DNA of 64,000 nucleotides from an uncultured Candidatus Saccharibacteria bacterium (GTDB lineage Bacteria > Patescibacteriota > WWE3 > 2-01-FULL-39-13): the NCBI GenBank assembly GCA_964370865.1, contig CAYJKF010000001.1, positions 35,703-99,702 on the forward strand, written 5' to 3'. The position numbers and the translations under genes were made by a program. Below, piece by piece: positions 58,167-64,000 of this stretch (position 1 is the first letter of the stretch; each line of letters starts with the position of its first letter). Below the pieces are notes generated by a model. It worked only from the letters and a program-made list of their open reading frames with translations. It did not search any database and had not been told where the DNA came from.

Positions 58167-58409
58167 TTAATCTCTCGCCTGTACAACTTCAAAGCAGTTT
58201 TGTGGACAGATTTTCACAATCTTTTCTGGAAACTTAATTTTAGAACCATAATCAATTTGAATTTTGTATCGACCAGGTCTCCCTTTTATAACAATCGAGG
58301 AATCTTTTATTCCCAGCTTTCGATTTTCATATACGGAATTTAATAAAGTACAAAGATTACAACCTATACACTTGTGCTCTCTTGGAGCAACTAAGAATTT
58401 ATCTGCCAT
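58167..58409 (-). CDS. 4Fe-4S ferredoxin
   Basis: CIGCNLC...CPQNC cluster motifs in an 80-aa protein. Confidence 0.7.
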   Translation of the reverse strand: MADKFLVAPREHKCIGCNLCTLLNSVYENRKLGIKDSSIVIKGRPGRYKIQIDYGSKIKFPEKIVKICPQNCFEVVQARD

Positions 58410-58411
58410 AT

Positions 58412-59416
58412 TTATTTACAATGATTCAGAAGATCAACAACCCTGTTTGAATAACCCCATTCATTATCGTACCAAGCCATTACTTTCACCATATTCCCAC
58501 TGACTACTCGAGTTAAGTCACCTGCAACTATTGAAGAATATTGAGTTTTAATTATATCGGTGGATACGAGCTGTTGAGTAGTGAAAGCTAATATGTTTTT
58601 ATATTCTTCTTTCCTAGATGCTTCTAAAAAAGCATTGTTAACTTCTTCTACTGTTACCTCTTTTGAAAGAATTGCCGTTACATCGGATATAGATCCGCAA
58701 ACTACAGGAACTCTAAGTGAAACTCCATCAAACTTATTTGCCATTACTGGAAGAGCCTTCGCGGTTGCTTCTGCGGCACCTGTTGAGGATGGAACGATAT
58801 TTTGAGCTGCTGCTCGGCCTCTTCTCATATCTTTAACTGTAGGTGAATCAACTAGGCTTTGTGTCGCTGTATAAGCATGAACGGTTGTCATCATCGATTT
58901 TTCTACACCGAATGAGTCATTTAAAACTTTTAATAATGGCGTTACGTTATTTGTTGTACACGATGCATTCGAAATCAAATTCGCGCTCATATCTGATAAA
59001 TCTGATGCGCCTAATACAATAGTTTTAAACCCATCATCTTTTGCAGGGGCAGTTAAGAGAACCTTCCTTGCGCCGGCTGTAATATGAGCTTGAGCGGATT
59101 CAGATTTTGTAAAAATCCCCGTTGACTCAATAACGACATCAACTCCTAATTCTTTCCAGGGTAATTGTAATGGGTCTTTTTGGGAATAGACGGTGTAATT
59201 TTTACCGCTAACTACCAAATGTGTATCATCAAATGACGTTGGCCTTTCATATCTACCGTAGACGGTGTCATATTTAAGTAAATATTCCAAAGTTTCAGGA
59301 GGAGTCAAATCATTTATAGCTACTACTTCAAAGTCGAATCCCTGATCAATTCTGTCCAATATTATTCTAAAAACGGCTCTGCCAATTCGACCAAATCCAT
59401 TAATGGCAATTTTCAT
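58412..59416 (-). CDS. gap: Glyceraldehyde-3-phosphate dehydrogenase
   Basis: An N-terminus INGFGRIGR and the catalytic SCTTN motif. Confidence 0.9.
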   Translation of the reverse strand: MKIAINGFGRIGRAVFRIILDRIDQGFDFEVVAINDLTPPETLEYLLKYDTVYGRYERPTSFDDTHLVVSGKNYTVYSQKDPLQLPWKELGVDVVIESTGIFTKSESAQAHITAGARKVLLTAPAKDDGFKTIVLGASDLSDMSANLISNASCTTNNVTPLLKVLNDSFGVEKSMMTTVHAYTATQSLVDSPTVKDMRRGRAAAQNIVPSSTGAAEATAKALPVMANKFDGVSLRVPVVCGSISDVTAILSKEVTVEEVNNAFLEASRKEEYKNILAFTTQQLVSTDIIKTQYSSIVAGDLTRVVSGNMVKVMAWYDNEWGYSNRVVDLLNHCK

Positions 59417-59688
59417 TGACTATGTCCTTCTAACCACTGTCTTAATACCGGCTCTACTAATAGACCGATTCGCCTATCAATTTCTTTGCCATCTTTCATG
59501 ATAACTAAGGTTGGAATACTCATCACACCAAATTGTTGTGATTTAGCTTGCTCAACGTCGACATTAACTTTTTCGACGGTGACCTTTTCGGCCATTTCTT
59601 TTGCTACTTTTTGTAAAATCGGATCCATGGCATGACAAGGGCCGCACCAGTCCGCATAGAAGTCTAAAACTGTAATCATACATACCAT
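59413..59688 (-). CDS. trxA: Thioredoxin
   Basis: The WCGPC active site in a 91-aa protein. Confidence 0.85.
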   Translation of the reverse strand: MVCMITVLDFYADWCGPCHAMDPILQKVAKEMAEKVTVEKVNVDVEQAKSQQFGVMSIPTLVIMKDGKEIDRRIGLLVEPVLRQWLEGHSQ

Positions 59689-59801
59689 TCTACTTGCCGA
59701 ACCTCAAAAATCAAATGCAATATTACTCTTAATAAGAAATATTTTAGAGATTTCTAATACGGTTGTTAAATAATTTTAATCGTGTTAGTAATAATAGATA
59801 T

Positions 59802-60869
59802 ATGGTAGAGAAGAAAAAAACAACTAACACAAGTACAAATGAAAAACAAAAATCAGAAGCTCTTGAATCAGCTCTGTCGTTAATTGAGAAACATTACGGT
59901 AAAGGTTCCATTATGAAAATGGGCGAAGGAGTTGTCGATGCCCAAATTGAAATAATACCAACTGGTTCATTAACACTGGATTTAGCACTTGGTGTCGGCG
60001 GTATTCCAAAGGGACGAATCATTGAAATATATGGTCCTGAATCTAGCGGTAAAACCACACTAGCACTTAGCATAGTAGCTCAATCTCAAAAGAAAGGTGG
60101 CAAAGCAGCTTTCATAGATGCAGAGCATGCCTTTGATCCAGGCTATGCAAGAGATTTAGGCGTTAATGTTGAGGAAATGTATATCTCTCAACCCGATGAT
60201 GGCGAACAGGCACTAGACATCGTAGAAACACTTATTAGGAGTGGAGGAATTGATGTAATCGTTGTGGACTCCGTGGCGGCTCTAACACCAAGAGCCGAAA
60301 TCGAAGGAGAAATGGGAGATAGTCACATGGGACTTCATGCACGGCTAATGAGCCAAGCCTTAAGAAAAATCACAGGAATCACAAGCAGAACAAATACAAC
60401 TGTAATTTTCATTAACCAAATAAGAGAAAAGATTGGCATTATGTTTGGCAACCCTGAAACAACTACCGGTGGAAGATCATTAAAATTTTATGCAAGCGTT
60501 AGACTGGAAATCCGAAGAATTCAAACGATTACTGACAAAGGACAAAGCCTAGGAAATCGTACAAAAGTAAAAGTCGTTAAGAATAAAGTCGCACCACCAT
60601 TTAAAGAAGCTGAATTCGATTTAATTTTTGGAGAAGGTATTAGCCGTGAAGGAAGTATTCTTGACGCAGCTATCGATACAGGAGTAATCGAACCAAGTGG
60701 AGCTTGGTTCAAATATAAAGGTGAAAATATTGCGCAAGGTAGAGAAAATGCAAAAACTTATTTAAAGGAAAACGCGAAAATCGCAGGTGAAGTTGAAAAA
60801 GAAGTTTACGAGAAATTAGAGTTGAGAAACACAAAAAAAATTGAGAGTAAAGTCGATAAAGCCAAATAA
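59802..60869 (+). CDS. recA: Recombinase RecA
   Basis: A Walker [10 protein letters not shown] and the L1/L2 loops. The ORF in the track begins at a TTG at 59763, and the ATG at 59802 (MVEKKK...) is the more likely start. Confidence 0.9.
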   Translation: MVEKKKTTNTSTNEKQKSEALESALSLIEKHYGKGSIMKMGEGVVDAQIEIIPTGSLTLDLALGVGGIPKGRIIEIYGPESSGKTTLALSIVAQSQKKGGKAAFIDAEHAFDPGYARDLGVNVEEMYISQPDDGEQALDIVETLIRSGGIDVIVVDSVAALTPRAEIEGEMGDSHMGLHARLMSQALRKITGITSRTNTTVIFINQIREKIGIMFGNPETTTGGRSLKFYASVRLEIRRIQTITDKGQSLGNRTKVKVVKNKVAPPFKEAEFDLIFGEGISREGSILDAAIDTGVIEPSGAWFKYKGENIAQGRENAKTYLKENAKIAGEVEKEVYEKLELRNTKKIESKVDKAK

Positions 60870-61488
60870 ATCTGTCCCTGGTATCTATATTATAGAATTC
60901 GAGGAATCTAATTCTGTTGCTTATATAGATACAGACTCCCTTATAAAACTAGGATTAAAAAAAGGCCTTGAGGTTGAAAAAGAAAAGGTAGACGAACTAA
61001 TCTACATATCCCCTTCAAAGCTACTTTTTGTGAAACTGAAAAATAGGCTACTACTTAAAAAATATTCGGAGAAACAAATTGTTCGCTATATCTCTACAAA
61101 TAAGATTTATAGGGAAAATAAAACTCAAATAGATATTGATCAAATAATAGAAAGTTTATTAAAGGCTGGTTTACTTGATGATGAAAAATTTGCCAATCGA
61201 ATAATCGAAAAAAGAACTTCTCAAAAAGCAGTAAGTAATAACGCAATCAAGAGAGAACTTCAAATCGCAGGCGTAGATAAAACTATAATTTTAGAACTTA
61301 CAAAAGATTTCAATGAAGAAGACGACATTAGAAAGGTTGATGAGGTCGCCGATAAATTTATTCGAACTAAACGCCTATCCGTAGAGGACAGAAAAGATGT
61401 CGAGAAACTTAAAAGGCACTTGTTATATAAAGGGTATACATTTGATGTCATTAATAGTTTAATTGACAGGCTTTCTCACAATCTTTAG
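60841..61488 (+). CDS. recX: Regulatory protein RecX
   Basis: It lies immediately downstream of and overlapping recA, with a three-helical-repeat architecture. Confidence 0.65.
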   Translation: MRVKSIKPNKSVPGIYIIEFEESNSVAYIDTDSLIKLGLKKGLEVEKEKVDELIYISPSKLLFVKLKNRLLLKKYSEKQIVRYISTNKIYRENKTQIDIDQIIESLLKAGLLDDEKFANRIIEKRTSQKAVSNNAIKRELQIAGVDKTIILELTKDFNEEDDIRKVDEVADKFIRTKRLSVEDRKDVEKLKRHLLYKGYTFDVINSLIDRLSHNL

Positions 61489-61666
61489 AATACCCTTAGT
61501 TGAAATCTATAGTGCTTTAGTTATAAGTGTTCTGTTTAGGGAATATACCATTAGAATTTCGCGTAAAATGCATGATAACCAATATAATTGCCATAAAATC
61601 AGTATTATCAAGCTATAAAGACAAATCTTAAACAAGATTCCTTAAATCGAACATAAAATTTATCAA

Positions 61667-63157
61667 ATGGAGTTAGAACTAATGTTGCCGATAATTACGA
61701 GTTTAGGTGCTGTAGCACTAGCTTATTACTTATTTACACGAAAAACCGCGCAAAGCGGAAAAGTCGATATAGAAACGAGTGAAAAAGCTCAATCAATATT
61801 ACTTAATGCCAAAGATGAGGCCATTAAAATCAAGGAAAAGGCCGAAGTTGAAGCAAGAGAAATTAGAAATAAAAGTCTAGAAACGGAAAAAAAGGCAGAA
61901 AGACGATTTGATGACCTTTATCACAAAATAAAGGAAGTAGACGAAAGGGACAAACAAGTAGGAGTTTTGATTGAAAAGTGGAAAAGAAAAAACTCACAGG
62001 TGGAGGAATCTAGAAACGAACAACTTAAAAAATTAGAGGAAGTTGCAGGTTTGCCTAAAGAAGAAGCCAAAAGAATGGTAATGAATAGAGTTGAACAGGA
62101 ACTCGAGTCTGATATAGCAAAAAGAGTGAAAAATGCTGAAGAAGCGATTCAAGCTGAAGTTGCAACAAAATCTAAAGAGTTACTGGTTGATGCTATGCAT
62201 CACGCTTCTACAGATTATGTAGCCGAATATACTATTACCACGGTTAAACTAGCCGATCCTGACGTAAAAGGAAGAATTATAGGTAAAGAAGGAAGAAATA
62301 TAAAAGCTTTCGAAGACATTACCGGAGTTAATGTAGATTTTGAAAATGAGGATGAAGTAAGATTATCAAGTTTCGATTCGGTTAGAAGAGAAGTCGCGAG
62401 AATCTCTCTCGAACAATTAATTAAAGATGGCCGAATTCACCCCGCAAGAATTGAAGAAATCGTTCGAAAAATTAATAACGAAATGGACCGCGTCATTTTT
62501 GAGGCAGGAACCGAACTTTGTCAAAAAGTCGGGGTATTTAATTTACCTAAAGATTTAGTCAAGAAATTAGGAAACTTTAAATATCGAACATCATATGGTC
62601 AGAATATGATTCAACATACTTTAGAAGAAACCAAAATCGGTGTAAAACTTGCCCATGAAGTTGGTGCTGACGTACCAATTACTAAACTTGCATGCCTTCT
62701 GCACGATATTGGAAAAGTCGTAACAGATAAAGAAGGTAATCATATTGAATTAGCAGTAGATTACTTAAGACGATTTAATATCCCTCAAGCTGTATTAACC
62801 GCTGTTGCTGAACATCACGAGGATAAACCATCATCGGTTGAAGGTGTGCTGGTACAAATCGCTGACTCAATCTCTGGATCTAGACCTGGCGCAAGATATG
62901 AAGATTATGAAAACTATATTCGAAGAATGCGAGACTTGGAAGATGCTGCAATGGCATTTGAAGGTGTTGAAAAAGTATTTGCAATTTCAGCAGGAAGAGA
63001 ATTAAGAGTTGTTGTAAATGCAAATGTTGTAAACGATGCTGGTGCGGTTAAGTTAAGTAATGATATAGCTAAAAAGATTGAAGAAGAACAAACTTTTCCA
63101 GGTACAGTAAAGGTTATTGTAATTAGAGAACTCCGAGCGACTGCAACTGCAAGTTAA
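61667..63157 (+). CDS. rny: Ribonuclease Y
   Basis: An N-terminal TM segment, a coiled-coil, a KH domain (IIGKEGRNIKAFE) and an HD domain (LLHDIGK). Confidence 0.85.
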   Translation: MELELMLPIITSLGAVALAYYLFTRKTAQSGKVDIETSEKAQSILLNAKDEAIKIKEKAEVEAREIRNKSLETEKKAERRFDDLYHKIKEVDERDKQVGVLIEKWKRKNSQVEESRNEQLKKLEEVAGLPKEEAKRMVMNRVEQELESDIAKRVKNAEEAIQAEVATKSKELLVDAMHHASTDYVAEYTITTVKLADPDVKGRIIGKEGRNIKAFEDITGVNVDFENEDEVRLSSFDSVRREVARISLEQLIKDGRIHPARIEEIVRKINNEMDRVIFEAGTELCQKVGVFNLPKDLVKKLGNFKYRTSYGQNMIQHTLEETKIGVKLAHEVGADVPITKLACLLHDIGKVVTDKEGNHIELAVDYLRRFNIPQAVLTAVAEHHEDKPSSVEGVLVQIADSISGSRPGARYEDYENYIRRMRDLEDAAMAFEGVEKVFAISAGRELRVVVNANVVNDAGAVKLSNDIAKKIEEEQTFPGTVKVIVIRELRATATAS

Positions 63158-63202
63158 AAAGGTCGTTATTGCAAGCAAATAGCGCTATAGTATTCGGAAA
63201 AG

Positions 63203-63236
63203 ATTGACATAACGCATCTATCCGATGTATTTTACA
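63203..63236 (+). promoter_or_regulatory. Candidate promoter for hup (TTGACA-N18-TATTTT); a strong AAGGAGG ribosome-binding site follows
   Basis: The sequence reads aagaTTGACAtaacgcatctatccgatgTATTTT. Confidence 0.4.
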
Positions 63237-63308
63237 AACATGAAGTAAAATCAACGTATTTTGCTTCTCTCGCAATCGAGTTCACTATTAAGGAGGTGAC
63301 CATTACTA

Positions 63309-63581
63309 ATGACAAAAAACGAATTAATCCAAAAATTAGCAGACGATTTAAATATGCCAAAAGCTCAAGTCAGAAGAATGACCGATGCTATGGTAGATAC
63401 TGTCTCTAAAACTTTAGGAAGAGGAGAAAAAGTACAAATCTCAGGATTAGGTACATTCCATATAAGTAAAAGAAAACAAAGAGAAGGAAGAAATCCTCAG
63501 ACTGGAGCAAAGATGACTATTTCAGCAAGAAATGTTGTCGTATTCAAGACTGCTAAACCATTAAAGGAAACCGTTAAGTAA
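63309..63581 (+). CDS. hup: DNA-binding protein HU
   Basis: MTKNELIQKLADDL....GRNPQTG, typical of HU/IHF. Confidence 0.85.
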   Translation: MTKNELIQKLADDLNMPKAQVRRMTDAMVDTVSKTLGRGEKVQISGLGTFHISKRKQREGRNPQTGAKMTISARNVVVFKTAKPLKETVK

Positions 63582-63604
63582 ATAAAGGTTTAGTTAGCTA
63601 CTTT

Positions 63605-63964
63605 TCAAGACCGACCGCTACTGCGGTCGGTCTTTTTATTAATCAACATACCAACTCTCCTTTTTAATTCACTTCCCAATAACTTAAAATTCGTATTTGC
63701 GGCAAGTAATAAAATCAAAATCGGAATTATGTAGAAAATGATTAACTTATTCTTGTCCCCCATCATCTGTAGAGTTCTTCCAAAAAGAACTGAACTCAAT
63801 AGAGTTCTATTCTGATACAAAAGGTAAAAACGTTCATCAACCATCTTCGAACTGATAATCCAATTCATATCTATAACGGATAATAATTTTAATACCGAAA
63901 GTACAAATGCTATTAATAAGAAAAATGTAATTAGGCTTTCTTTGTATAAATTTTTAATCCGCAT
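63605..63964 (-). CDS. Hypothetical small membrane protein (doubtful)
   Basis: A 119-aa hydrophobic ORF whose 3' end overlaps the hup terminator hairpin. Confidence 0.25.
   Translation of the reverse strand: MRIKNLYKESLITFFLLIAFVLSVLKLLSVIDMNWIISSKMVDERFYLLYQNRTLLSSVLFGRTLQMMGDKNKLIIFYIIPILILLLAANTNFKLLGSELKRRVGMLINKKTDRSSGRS
63608..63640 (+). terminator. Intrinsic terminator after hup
   Basis: A hairpin agaccgaccgc-tact-gcggtcggtct followed by TTTTTATT. Confidence 0.8.
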
Positions 63965-64000
63965 AGATTATGATTACTAATTAATTACTTGCGCCAAGGA

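Overview
This is a 64 kb window from a low-GC genome (about 33–38% GC by eye) with small genes. It is densely packed with housekeeping genes, almost all of them callable by protein similarity: rpoB–rpoC, mraY, secDF, mltG, prmC, recJ, alaS, recF, rnj, lepA, murJ, rpsT, tpiA, gap, trxA, recA, recX, rny and hup. A sortase with LPxTG-type substrates, PilM/N/O-like proteins, a short AlaS and many small proteins point to a reduced Gram-positive-type lineage, possibly CPR/Patescibacteria. This lineage call is inference. No rRNA, tRNA or CRISPR array was seen.

The unusual content is three patches of GC-enriched genes, all on the minus strand, all encoding secreted, lipoprotein or low-complexity proteins: about 23.7–27.4 kb, 28.7–29.4 kb and 39.3–41.8 kb. 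Each sits in AT-rich non-coding DNA that carries a shared promoter architecture (CTATAG-TTGAnn-N16-18-TATAAT) and repeated terminator and leader modules. One patch is a tandemly duplicated cassette. In it, the non-coding flanks are conserved far better than the coding sequences. The flanks comprise a ~125-nt structured repeat that looks like a small RNA, a multi-stem 5' leader, and a promoter. One copy of the cassette gene carries a 24-bp coding tandem-repeat array, (PTDEPTAV)n/(PTEQPTEV)n.

A second point of interest is a glycolytic operon gap–ferredoxin–AOR-N-domain protein–tpiA with no pgk.

All coordinates for non-coding elements were derived by hand from the sequence and are approximate to a few nucleotides.
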